This document shows positions 45,354 to 54,562 of a stretch of 64,000 bases of DNA, piece after piece (positions within the stretch are counted from its first letter, which is position 1; each line of letters opens with the position of its first letter). Made by a program: the position numbers and the translations under genes. Source of the stretch: Lentisphaeria bacterium (lineage in GTDB: Bacteria; Verrucomicrobiota; Lentisphaeria; Victivallales; UBA1829); the NCBI GenBank assembly GCA_017615635.1, contig JAFZZR010000044.1:36176-100175 (forward strand). The letters run 5' to 3'. The notes beneath the pieces are model-generated. The model was given only the letters and a program-made list of their open reading frames with translations. It did no database searches and was not told where the DNA came from.

Positions 45354-45695
45354 ATGAAACTCATTATCGCGTACATTCAGCCGGACCGGCTGAATCCGGT
45401 AAAGCAGGCGCTCTACGCCCGCAACATCTACAAGATCTCCGTCACGAATGCGCTCGGCTGCGGTCAGCAGCGGGGTTACGTTCATATGTGGCGAGGCGCT
45501 CTTCAGGAAGTCAATCTGCTGAAGAAGGTCCGCCTGGCGATCGCCGTTAACGACGATTTCATCGAACCCACCATCGAAGGCATCTGCGAGGGTGCGCGGA
45601 CCGGCCGCATCGGCGACGGAAAAATTTTCGTGCTGCCCATCGAAGAATGCGTCCGCATCCGCACGGGCGAACGCGGTGTGGATGCCATTGGATAA
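45354..45695 (+). CDS. glnB: Nitrogen regulatory protein P-II (GlnB/GlnK family)
   Basis: 113 aa, collinear with E. coli GlnB. The B-loop [11 protein letters not shown] is conserved and the T-loop is divergent. Confidence 0.9.
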   Translation: MKLIIAYIQPDRLNPVKQALYARNIYKISVTNALGCGQQRGYVHMWRGALQEVNLLKKVRLAIAVNDDFIEPTIEGICEGARTGRIGDGKIFVLPIEECVRIRTGERGVDAIG

Positions 45696-45724
45696 TCTGC
45701 AATCACAGAAAGAAGAAGTTCATC

Positions 45725-47071
45725 ATGAATAAAATACTGACTGCGGCCCTGACGAGCCTGTTTTTTACCGGAATCTGCCTCGCGGAGGAAAATTCCGCAC
45801 AAGCCGTTGTGGAAACCGTTACGAAGACATCCTCACCCTCGGCCGCCGAGCTGGCCATGTTCGCCGTGAACAATCTGTGGGTCATGGCGGGCGGCATGCT
45901 GGTTTTTCTGATGCACCTGGGATTCGCATGCGTCGAATCCGGGCTGGCGCGCGCCAAGAACTGCAACAACATCCTTTTCAAAAATACGCTGACTCCGGCG
46001 ATCGGATTCCTTTCCTACGCGGTCTGCGGATTCGCGCTGATGTATCCGGGCGTACACTGGCTCTGGGGCCACTGGTTCGGGTTTGCCGGATTCGGATTGC
46101 ATCTGCCTCCGGGCGACCCCTTCGCCTACCACAACGGAGAATTTACCTACTGGACGGACTTCTTCTTTCAGGGAATGTTTGCCGCGACCGCCGCGACCAT
46201 CGTCTCCGGAGCCGTGGCGGAACGCGTGAAGCTGAGCAGTTACCTGATCTTTACGGCCGTCTACGTGTCGATCGTGTATCCGATCATCGGCTCCTGGGGT
46301 TGGGGCGGCGGATGGCTTGACGCCATGCATTTCCACGATTTTGCCGGATCGACGTTCGTTCACAGCGTCGGCGGATGGGCCGCATTGTCCGGTGTGATCC
46401 TGCTCGGACCGCGCATCGGCAAGTATGTCGACGGCAAGGTAATGCCCGTCATGGGACACAATATGCCGCTTGTGACCATCGGTGTTTTTCTTCTCTGGCT
46501 CGGATGGTTCGGATTCAACGGTGCTTCCGCCTTCAACGCGGATCCGTCCACGGTCAGCCTGGTCCTCGTCAATACCATGATCGCAGCCTGCGCCTCCGTT
46601 GTCTCCAGCATGCTCATCAGCCGCCTCATGCTTCATCATCCCGACCTCTCCATGACTATGAACGGATGTCTGGCGGGTCTTGTGGGCGTGACCGCCGGAG
46701 CCGACTGCGTGAGTGTGGGCTCCGCTGTCATCATCGGCGGGATCGCCGGGCTCATCGTGGTGCCCGCGGTCGTCTTTTTCGACAGGATCCGTCTCGACGA
46801 CCCTGTCGGCGCCCTCTCCGTCCATCTTGTGAACGGAATCTGGGGCACTCTGGCCGTAGGGATCTTCTCCCCCGAATATCAATTTCTCGTGCAGCTCCTC
46901 GGTGCGGCGGTTGTCGGTGTCGTCTCGTTCGCTTCTTCCTTTGCCATTTTCTTCGCCCTGAAGAAAATCATGGGAATCCGTGTTTCCGAGGAGGAAGAAC
47001 TTCGCGGTCTCGACTTGTGCGAGCACGGCGGCGAGGCGTATCCCGGATTCCAGTTCTTCGTCAACATGTAA
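45725..47071 (+). CDS. amtB: Ammonium transporter (Amt family)
   Basis: ATG at 45725 in ORF 45647..47071. Signal peptide followed by about 11 TM segments with Amt signatures (AGGMLVFLMHLGFACVESG, DFAGSTFVHSVGGWAAL, LSVHLVNGIWG). Confidence 0.93.
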   Translation: MNKILTAALTSLFFTGICLAEENSAQAVVETVTKTSSPSAAELAMFAVNNLWVMAGGMLVFLMHLGFACVESGLARAKNCNNILFKNTLTPAIGFLSYAVCGFALMYPGVHWLWGHWFGFAGFGLHLPPGDPFAYHNGEFTYWTDFFFQGMFAATAATIVSGAVAERVKLSSYLIFTAVYVSIVYPIIGSWGWGGGWLDAMHFHDFAGSTFVHSVGGWAALSGVILLGPRIGKYVDGKVMPVMGHNMPLVTIGVFLLWLGWFGFNGASAFNADPSTVSLVLVNTMIAACASVVSSMLISRLMLHHPDLSMTMNGCLAGLVGVTAGADCVSVGSAVIIGGIAGLIVVPAVVFFDRIRLDDPVGALSVHLVNGIWGTLAVGIFSPEYQFLVQLLGAAVVGVVSFASSFAIFFALKKIMGIRVSEEEELRGLDLCEHGGEAYPGFQFFVNM

Positions 47072-47198
47072 GTCCTGTCCGGAGCCGCAGGTCCGGCGAT
47101 CCCGACTCCGGACGAAAATCCCCTCTTCTCCGGTTGACAAACGGCGGTCTTTGTGCTATGATACCGGAATGTCATTGCCGAATCCGGAGGAGTTTTCC

Positions 47199-49091
47199 AT
47201 GCTGCCCTATGATGTTTCCGCCTTGACGGCCGACGAGCTCGAACGCCTGATCCGGTATCACAACGAGAAGTACTGGCGCCAGGCGGAACCCGAGATCTCC
47301 GACGAGGATTACGATTCCCTCGTCCGCAGACTCGCCGAGCTCGTCCCCGATCATCCCCTTCTTCAGCGCGTGGAGGCTCCCATGGCCGCCGGCGAAGGCA
47401 AGGTCGTCCACCTCGAGCCCATGCTTTCCCTGGACAAGGCGTACAGTCTCGAGGAACTGCAGGAGTGGATCGGCAAGTACGCGCGCTCTCCCCGGGAGAA
47501 ACTGCTGATCCAGCCCAAGTACGACGGAATCTCCGCCCTTTGGGAGAACGGCGTCCTTTCCACACGGGGCGACGGATACACCGGCGAGGACATCTCCTCC
47601 AAGGTCCCCCTCATCGAACTGGAACACCCCGAGGGCGTCATGCCCCTGGCCGACTTCCGCGGAAACGCCCGCGGCGAGATCGTCATCCGGTCCGACGACT
47701 TCCGGACCATCTATCCCCGGATCCGCAACCGCAACGGCCAGACCTACCGGAATTCCCGCAACGCGGCCGCCGGGATCATGGGACTCAAGGACATCACCGA
47801 CATGCTTCGTCAGGGTGCCAAGCTCACCCTGGTGGACTATTCCCTGCACTCCCGCACGCTGGAAGCCTCTTCACTGAACGCCGAATGGCCCGCCATCCTC
47901 GAAAAAGCCGAATCCATGCCCTATCCCATGGACGGGATCGTGCTCAAACTGGCGGACTCCGATTACTCCGCCTCCCTGGGCAATACCGCGCATCATCCAC
48001 GCGGTCAGATTGCCTTCAAGTTCAGCGGCGTCCGCCGGACCAGCGTCCTCCGCGCCGTGGAATGGAGCTTCGGCAAGAACTGCCTGACTCCCGTGGCCGA
48101 AATCGACCCCGTGGAGATCGGCGGTACCACAATCCGCCGCGCTACGCTTCATAACCTTCAGAATGTGCTGGATAAAGATCTCCATGTGGGCGACGTCGTC
48201 ACCGTGGAGCGCGCCGGGGACGTGATCCCGCACATCGTTTCCTCCGAACCCGGCGAAAAACGGATCCCCTGCGTGGTGGAGAACTGCCCCTGCTGCGGCG
48301 CCCCCCTGAAAAAGGAGCTCCCGGAACTCCGCTGTGTGAACCCGGACTGTTTCGAAACGCGCCTTCAGAATCTTCTCGCCGCCGTCCGCAATATCGGGAT
48401 CGAACGCCTGGGCGAACCCGTCCTGCGCAAACTTATGAAGACTCTTTCCGTCCGCTCCCTCCCGGATCTGTTCCGCCTTCAGGCTGCCGACTTCCTTCGC
48501 GTCGAGGGCTTTGCCGCTCTTTCCGCCGAGAATCTCTACCGGGAGATCCAGTCCGCACGGACCGTCCCCGACTGGCAGCTCCTGGCCTCCATGAACATCC
48601 GCGGCATCGGCCCCAATATCGCAAAATCCATTCTGGCCGTCCATCCCTTCGCTCGCCTGCGCGAAATGACTGCGCCCGAGCTGGCCGCCATCGACGGGAT
48701 CGGACCCGAGCGCGCCGGCGCCCTGGAAAAGGAGTTCCGGGAGAACCGGGCCGCTCTGGATGAGCTTCTTTCCTGCGTGACCATGGTAGAATCCGGCGGC
48801 GAAAAGCCCGCGCGGACCGTCTGCTTCACCGGGCAGATGCCCCAGAAACGCTCCTACTACGAGAAACTCGCACAGGCCAACGGTTTCTCCCCTGCCGACA
48901 GCGTCACCTCCTCCCTTTCTCTGCTGGTGGCGGCCGATCTTCAGGGCGCCTCCTCCAAACTTACCAAGGCCCGCAAACTCGGCATCCCCGTTCTCTCACT
49001 GGACGACTGGCTGGCCTCTCTCGATAACGCCGGCACGGCGGCCCCCGTCCCCCAGGCGCCGAAACCCGTTCAGGACGATCTTTTCGGATGA
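47199..49091 (+). CDS. ligA: NAD-dependent DNA ligase
   Basis: ATG at 47199, preceded by GGAGGAG, within ORF 46980..49091. Adenylation lysine motif IQPKYDGISA, Zn finger CPCCGAPL...CVNPDC, HhH repeats and a BRCT C-terminus. Confidence 0.93.
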   Translation: MLPYDVSALTADELERLIRYHNEKYWRQAEPEISDEDYDSLVRRLAELVPDHPLLQRVEAPMAAGEGKVVHLEPMLSLDKAYSLEELQEWIGKYARSPREKLLIQPKYDGISALWENGVLSTRGDGYTGEDISSKVPLIELEHPEGVMPLADFRGNARGEIVIRSDDFRTIYPRIRNRNGQTYRNSRNAAAGIMGLKDITDMLRQGAKLTLVDYSLHSRTLEASSLNAEWPAILEKAESMPYPMDGIVLKLADSDYSASLGNTAHHPRGQIAFKFSGVRRTSVLRAVEWSFGKNCLTPVAEIDPVEIGGTTIRRATLHNLQNVLDKDLHVGDVVTVERAGDVIPHIVSSEPGEKRIPCVVENCPCCGAPLKKELPELRCVNPDCFETRLQNLLAAVRNIGIERLGEPVLRKLMKTLSVRSLPDLFRLQAADFLRVEGFAALSAENLYREIQSARTVPDWQLLASMNIRGIGPNIAKSILAVHPFARLREMTAPELAAIDGIGPERAGALEKEFRENRAALDELLSCVTMVESGGEKPARTVCFTGQMPQKRSYYEKLAQANGFSPADSVTSSLSLLVAADLQGASSKLTKARKLGIPVLSLDDWLASLDNAGTAAPVPQAPKPVQDDLFG

Positions 49092-49474
49092 TGAATACCG
49101 CTTCTTCCATTCTTCTGAAACGATTCCGGCAAATTCGGCCCGGCGGACTCCTCATTGCCGCCGCCATCCTGCTCGTCTTTACGGATTTCTTCCACTTCGC
49201 CTTTCACGATGTGCCAGCGCGCGATTCCGTCTGCGCGTGCTCTCTTCCATCCGGCGTGGATGTCCCGGATGCGGCGGCGGATCCTTCGTCGCCTCATAAC
49301 TCCGGATTCTGTCCCGTTTGCGAAGGCATTCTGATTTCCGACGGACCGCCCCTCTCCGCGGTCGGTCTCCCGTTCTCCGCGTATGCTGCCGATCCCATTT
49401 TTTCCGGGATCGATTCGTACATCTCTCTCTCCTTCCTTTTGCCTCAGGGCCGTGCGCCGCCCCGCGCCGCCTGA
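49088..49474 (+). CDS. Hypothetical small membrane protein
   Basis: 128 aa with one TM helix and a CPVC motif. Its start overlaps the ligA stop (ATGA). No family recognised, and coding status is uncertain in this GC-rich context. Confidence 0.35.
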   Translation: MMNTASSILLKRFRQIRPGGLLIAAAILLVFTDFFHFAFHDVPARDSVCACSLPSGVDVPDAAADPSSPHNSGFCPVCEGILISDGPPLSAVGLPFSAYAADPIFSGIDSYISLSFLLPQGRAPPRAA

Positions 49475-49578
49475 ACGGAATCTTTTTTCTTTTTTCCCCC
49501 ACCCTGCGGATGCGCCGCGGCCTTTTTCGCGCCGTGCATCCGTTGTGCCTGCACATTGAATTCTAGGTATACCAGGAA

Positions 49579-49620
49579 TACTGGAAATACTATGTGTACT
49601 GGGGGGTACTGAGGGTACTG
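49579..49620 (+). repeat. Five TACTR direct repeats phased at 9-10 bp
   Basis: TACTG at 49579, TACTA at 49588, and TACTG at 49597, 49607 and 49616. The array ends about 40 nt upstream of the ATG at 49659. Confidence 0.6.
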
Positions 49621-49658
49621 TTTACCCTGAAAACAAAACTTTTGAAAGGACTTTCATC

Positions 49659-50384
49659 ATGTCGAAATCCGACAACATTTTTAAATTTTCATCTCTCATA
49701 CCTCATACTTCATACCTGAAGCAATTCACACTCATTGAATTGCTTGTCGTCATCGCCGTCATCGCCATTCTGGCGGGACTGCTCCTCCCGGCCATTTCCC
49801 GGGCAAAGGAACGGGCCAATGCCATCGACTGCCTCAACAATCTGAAGCAGGCCGGCCTTTCCATCCACTCCTATTGCGCCGACTTCAACGACTGCCCGCC
49901 CGTGGTCCACTCCGGCTCCTTCGAGGATCTGGACGAACTTCCCGGCGAGCCCCAGTGGTATACGCCTCTCTGCGATCTCTACGGATACAGTCTGGACTAC
50001 CTGAAGTGCCCTGCCGACAGAAAGTATAACGGGAAGGAAGGGATCCAGAGTTACATGATCAATGCCATGTTCACCCTCGGATATCCCGTCAGCCGCCTCA
50101 GCGGATCACGCCAGATCATCCTCTCCGAGCGCGGACTCGAACCCTCGGGCGACGCCGTGGAGCATCCCTGCTATCCCGGCATGAGCGAGCCGGAGGACTG
50201 GCAGGACGAGATCGACCGCACTCGTCATCCGGGCGAGAAGGCCAACTACCTCTATCTGGACGGCCACGCCGCCGAACATAAATTCTCCGAAACCATCGGC
50301 GACGGCTCCCCCTCGAAAAATATGCATTTCGTCTACACCTGGCTCCCCGGCGGCTACGTGGAAGCCCATCATCACCACGACTGA
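49659..50384 (+). CDS. Prepilin-type N-terminal cleavage/methylation domain protein (H-X9-DG / DUF1559-like pseudopilin)
   Basis: 241 aa. N-terminal [23 protein letters not shown] segment and a C-terminal H-x10-DG segment ([14 protein letters not shown]). Confidence 0.85.
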   Translation: MSKSDNIFKFSSLIPHTSYLKQFTLIELLVVIAVIAILAGLLLPAISRAKERANAIDCLNNLKQAGLSIHSYCADFNDCPPVVHSGSFEDLDELPGEPQWYTPLCDLYGYSLDYLKCPADRKYNGKEGIQSYMINAMFTLGYPVSRLSGSRQIILSERGLEPSGDAVEHPCYPGMSEPEDWQDEIDRTRHPGEKANYLYLDGHAAEHKFSETIGDGSPSKNMHFVYTWLPGGYVEAHHHHD

Positions 50385-50496
50385 CCCCGAAAGGACGTAG
50401 AAAGACGGGCACTTTCCCCGAAGAACGGAAAACGCCCGTCGCCTCGATATCAAAACTTTCGTGAATATCCCCCGATCCAGACACGCCTCGGAAAAA

Positions 50497-51705
50497 TCAG
50501 CCCGTTGTGCTCTGGCGGATATAGTCAAGAACAGCATTGGCTACTTCTACCGCCTCTTTTCTTCTTCCATCGTAGTGGCCAAGAATTTCTTCGATGACCT
50601 CGCTTCTTTTTGTCTCGTCGGCAGTCAGACGATCAAAGAAAACGTTATTCAATCTGAACTCATCATCGTGTTTTCCCAGAACCAATGTGTCCAGATTCTT
50701 CTCTATTTCCCAGTTGGAACCAGTGTCGGAATCATTGCGATTAAGAAGAAACTCCCTGATTCTTTTTATGTTGTCTTCGTTTCCTTCCAAATTGCAAAAT
50801 TTGATCAATGTTTTCGTCCCCCAAAAATAATAATGATCAAAGCCCAATTCAATTTCATAAGACGGCCCTTTGAAACTTACGTTGTAATCAAGCCCTCGGC
50901 CTTTAATTATGTCGTTAATCTGTTTTTCCGTAACAGAAAAATCCTTCTTCTCAAATGCAGGTGTCAAATATTTATTGAGCAAATAGGCTTTCGTTTGATC
51001 GATATTTTCGCAAACCTGAATTGCAGCGTTAAAATTGCCTGCTATAGCCTTCCAAAGTTCCTCGCTCATTTCCATTTCCTTTCCCAGCAATGTGTTTGTT
51101 ATAAAGTCGCAGTACTGACTGCAAAAAACGGCTTTTTCCATGTCGTTCCGCAACATCAGTGCGCATTCCCGCAGCCAGTTGCAGATGTGCGTGCGATATG
51201 AGATCCTCCCATATTCGCCTTGAAAATTTTTCGCATCATCACCTTTATAGGTCAGATAGAGAAGTGCCCTGTACTGATATGCTTTCTGGTCATCATCAAG
51301 CCACTTTCGATAATCTTCCAACTGTAATTCATGATCGGTCGTTGCTGTCTTGTTCTCGATAACGACACAAAACTTTTTCTCGGGTTTGTCGGGGTCACTG
51401 GTAATAACAATATCCATCCTTCGCCCAGGAATGGAGTATTCAGTTTCAACTTTTGTTTTCTCATTGCAAAGTTTTGCAATGTTATACAATCCGACTTGCC
51501 GAAAAAACGCCTTCAACGGTTCTTCGCCTTTTTCCAAAGGTCCTTTGGGATCCAGCAATGATGCTACAATAGCCGAGTGTCGCGTCTCCTCACTGTAAAT
51601 CCGAGCCACATCAAAGGCATTAAAAGGCGTCTGTTCTTTACACTCGCTTTTAATTGTCTTAAAAACCTCCTTTAAGAGATTTTCAATATCCCGAGATTGT
51701 TCCAT
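50497..51705 (-). CDS. PD-(D/E)xK nuclease superfamily protein (PDDEXK_4-like)
   Basis: 402 aa in an AT-rich gene. N-terminal FNAFDV...EETRHSAIVASLLDP segment and catalytic-core-like RRMDIVI...FCVVIENK (D...ExK). Confidence 0.7.
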   Translation of the reverse strand: MEQSRDIENLLKEVFKTIKSECKEQTPFNAFDVARIYSEETRHSAIVASLLDPKGPLEKGEEPLKAFFRQVGLYNIAKLCNEKTKVETEYSIPGRRMDIVITSDPDKPEKKFCVVIENKTATTDHELQLEDYRKWLDDDQKAYQYRALLYLTYKGDDAKNFQGEYGRISYRTHICNWLRECALMLRNDMEKAVFCSQYCDFITNTLLGKEMEMSEELWKAIAGNFNAAIQVCENIDQTKAYLLNKYLTPAFEKKDFSVTEKQINDIIKGRGLDYNVSFKGPSYEIELGFDHYYFWGTKTLIKFCNLEGNEDNIKRIREFLLNRNDSDTGSNWEIEKNLDTLVLGKHDDEFRLNNVFFDRLTADETKRSEVIEEILGHYDGRRKEAVEVANAVLDYIRQSTTG

Positions 51706-51740
51706 AAAATATCCTTTTTCGTTTTTTGGTGAAGTCCAGA

Positions 51741-51768
51741 TAAAGGGGGGGTGAGCAAAGTCACCCCC
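51741..51768 (-). terminator. Putative terminator between the membrane-protein gene and the PD-(D/E)xK gene
   Basis: Perfect 8-bp stem GGGGGTGA/TCACCCCC (51747..51768), 16 nt after the stop at 51784. On the minus strand it is followed by CCTTTATCT. Confidence 0.45.
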
Positions 51769-51783
51769 GCCTGAAAAATTAAC

Positions 51784-52479
51784 TCACAGTCCGCTGGTGT
51801 CAGCTTTGCTCTTTACGATTTCCTCTTTTTCTTTGGTATTCTGTGAGGACAGCTTGTAATCACTCACAGAAATCCAGTTCATATTGCCGTCAATGCCATA
51901 TTTGTTATCTGCGCTGACGGTACGCCCTTTCCCGGAAAATTGGTGTCCACCAAAAGAATATCCCATTTTCGCCTTGTACTTTTCTTCCAGCGAGGCAATA
52001 ATGACTTTCAGATCCTCCTCACTTCCTTTTTCGGAGGAATAAATCTTGTAAACGACAAAAGTCTTTGGGGTGAAAAAGAGCTGAATCTCTTCAAAGTTCC
52101 GGAACTTGTTTTTTGCCGGGCGCGTGATATAACCTGCGGCCAGATCCTTTTCCTGAATTTCCTTCGGGTCGAGTTTTTCGCCGAGTTCATATCCGCCGAA
52201 GCCGACGATTTCAACTTGAGTTGTTTCACCCGCAAACGCTTCCTTTGCCGCAAGCGTAGCTTTCATTTGGAAGGAGACGACGAATCCGCCAATGACGCAG
52301 AGGATAATCGCCGCAATCCCCAAGCCGTTTTTCCCTTTCTTCCTTGCTATGGAGATAATGACTCCAAGAAGTGCCAGCAGAAACGCCGGAATCAGCAAAA
52401 CGAGTGCAAATGCACCGACAAAGGGAATCAATGATAAAACCAAACCAATAATGGAGAGGACAAATCCTGCAACTTTCAT
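51784..52479 (-). CDS. Hypothetical membrane protein (about 3 N-terminal TM helices plus a soluble C-terminal domain)
   Basis: 231 aa in an AT-rich gene. The hydrophobic N-terminus is FVLSIIGLVLSLIPFVGAFALVLLIPAFLLALLGVI. No family recognised. Confidence 0.6.
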   Translation of the reverse strand: MKVAGFVLSIIGLVLSLIPFVGAFALVLLIPAFLLALLGVIISIARKKGKNGLGIAAIILCVIGGFVVSFQMKATLAAKEAFAGETTQVEIVGFGGYELGEKLDPKEIQEKDLAAGYITRPAKNKFRNFEEIQLFFTPKTFVVYKIYSSEKGSEEDLKVIIASLEEKYKAKMGYSFGGHQFSGKGRTVSADNKYGIDGNMNWISVSDYKLSSQNTKEKEEIVKSKADTSGL

Positions 52480-52642
52480 TTTTGTTTCTTTCCTTTTTCA
52501 GTGAGAGAATTTTCTCTTGTTTTTCTCTCTGTTGTTGTTCCTATCCGTTGAATCACTGCAACGGATTTTCAGGGGTAGACGATACTTCATGCAAAAGCGT
52601 AACGATTCTTCTCTGTTTATCTCCTTTCTCCGTTAATGCCGG

Positions 52643-54085
52643 TTAAAAGTCAAGTGCCGCATTGTCGGCAGCATCTTTCTTTGCTTTTTCCGCTTTTATG
52701 TCCTCTTCTTTCTTTGAGGCGACGAGTCGGTTGTAAAGCTTTCTGTCTATAATCTTAATCTTGTGGCGTTTGGCAGCCTCTTTCATGTCGTCGGCTCTTG
52801 TTTGCCAACGCCAATCTTCCGCTGTAACTTCTACAAATTCGGGAAAGCTAAACGTGACAATGATATCCTGATTCTTCCAGACATATTCCCCTCTCTTAAT
52901 TTTGACCTGATATGAAGTTGTAAATGCTGAATGATCGAGAGTCTGATTTATAACTTTCCGCTCAAAAGTCGGTTTGATTTGAGGATACTCCTGACAGTAT
53001 TTCTGATATATTTTTTCATTCTCGATATTATCAGGAAGTGAAATTTCTACAGCGCATAGGCATCCTTTCAAATCGAGATCATCCTTTGCCTGTATATAAT
53101 CCGCGAAAGAAGTGATATTGCGCATTACCGCTTCTTTTGCGTCTGAAGAGAAAAAAAATTCGACACCAGGGTATAGTGTTGAGCAGTAAATCTGCAGGTA
53201 TTCTTCCTCCCTGTCAGAAACCTTGATACATTTATTTTCCTTTAATAATGTTTCCAGGATAAACCACTGGAGAGAAATTCCAGAGGTAAAGTGCTTATAG
53301 AGCTTAATACCGGAAGTCCCCTCGGGAGATGAGTATTTGGTCGGCCCCGACTTCTTTAGCTCATCTTCCATTTCTTTTTTTTCGGCGATACGCTTTTCTT
53401 CGGCAATTCTTTTTTCAGCGTTTGTGCTGTAATTTTCCAGTTTTTCCAAGAATTCAACTGCTCTGTCAACTTGCATGACTGCTCTATTGGTATCGGATGG
53501 TTTATTTCGAGCGATTGCAATCAATCGCTTCTTCAGTTCGTATGTTTCATTTTCTTTTCCGGTTTTTTCCAATGTGCCAAGATAGGTCAAACACATCTTG
53601 ACTCCTTCATCAAAATTTTCCCGAAAGAGTTTCTCATAAGTTTCCATGTGTTTTGGACCTTTGTAATACTTTTCTGTCTGCCAGATATATGGAACAAAAA
53701 GAGTTTCCCAGACCTTTTGATAGCAGTCTCCGAACAAAGTGGAACGTTCCGTATCTCCGGTCTTCTCGATAATGTTTAATACTTCCAGACAGTCGGAGAT
53801 GGGTATATCAACACCTGCTTTGGCTGCTTTTTCGTAATAAACGAGTGCCTGTTTCAGATCTTTGGCGACTATTTTCCCATCCTTCATGCATCTGGCAACT
53901 GCATAGGCCATGTTCCCGTCTCCGGCATCGGCCTTCGCTTTCGCTTGTTCAAATTTATCTCTTTGTTCCTTTGCTTCCTGTTCCTCTCTTTCTCTTTTTG
54001 CTTGTCGAATTTCTTCCTGTGTCATGCAACCTGCGAGCAAGACCGATCCTGTCGCAATAAGCAGGGAAATAAAAAAGCTTTTCAT
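52643..54085 (-). CDS. Lipoprotein with a Sel1-like repeat and coiled-coil segments, hypothetical
   Basis: ORF 52643..54217, start moved to MKSFFISLL at 54085, which follows an AGGAAAGG Shine-Dalgarno. Lipobox VLLAGC|M and one Sel1-like repeat (AYAVARCMKDGKIVAKDLKQALVYYEKAAKAG). AT-rich. Confidence 0.65.
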   Translation of the reverse strand: MKSFFISLLIATGSVLLAGCMTQEEIRQAKREREEQEAKEQRDKFEQAKAKADAGDGNMAYAVARCMKDGKIVAKDLKQALVYYEKAAKAGVDIPISDCLEVLNIIEKTGDTERSTLFGDCYQKVWETLFVPYIWQTEKYYKGPKHMETYEKLFRENFDEGVKMCLTYLGTLEKTGKENETYELKKRLIAIARNKPSDTNRAVMQVDRAVEFLEKLENYSTNAEKRIAEEKRIAEKKEMEDELKKSGPTKYSSPEGTSGIKLYKHFTSGISLQWFILETLLKENKCIKVSDREEEYLQIYCSTLYPGVEFFFSSDAKEAVMRNITSFADYIQAKDDLDLKGCLCAVEISLPDNIENEKIYQKYCQEYPQIKPTFERKVINQTLDHSAFTTSYQVKIKRGEYVWKNQDIIVTFSFPEFVEVTAEDWRWQTRADDMKEAAKRHKIKIIDRKLYNRLVASKKEEDIKAEKAKKDAADNAALDF

Positions 54086-54562
54086 TTTTCTGTCCTTTCC
54101 TTGTTGCATTTTTTCCCGAATCAAGGCACAAAAAAGGCGTACCCTGACCACATTGTCACAGAGGTACGCCAATACACCCGATCGATTATGCAGACAGAGT
54201 ACGCCCATACGGCGCATCCGGCAAGCTCAATCGATCCATCTTTGAATTGGCGTTTTCTGTGACAGAATCGTTCTTGCAGATACTATGCTAGAAGCAGAGT
54301 TTCACGCTGAAATTGAATTGTGAGAAGCAGAATCCTTTCCTTTTGGTTTCTGCTCCTACAATAGCATGTTCGTCCGCACTAGTCAAGTCCTTTGCTGCAT
54401 AAAAAACCAAAATATATTGGCGCACACAGATGCATCATCCGTTACTTGCTATATAATCGGGAAAAGAGGGGCCGATATGACAGAGAAAATGAAAAAGAGC
54501 GGAAAAAAGTGCTTGAATCGGGCGCCCGGAGAGAGTAGATTACGTAGACGGAGGAATCATTC

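Noticed and set aside
52543-52566. Hairpin ATCCGTTG-N8-CAACGGAT between the lipoprotein and membrane-protein genes, as a possible terminator.
   Set aside because: The T-run follows it only on the plus strand, where no gene ends. On the coding (minus) strand it is followed by AGGAACAAC. I therefore do not call it a terminator. It may be an mRNA-processing or stability element, but that is unsupported.
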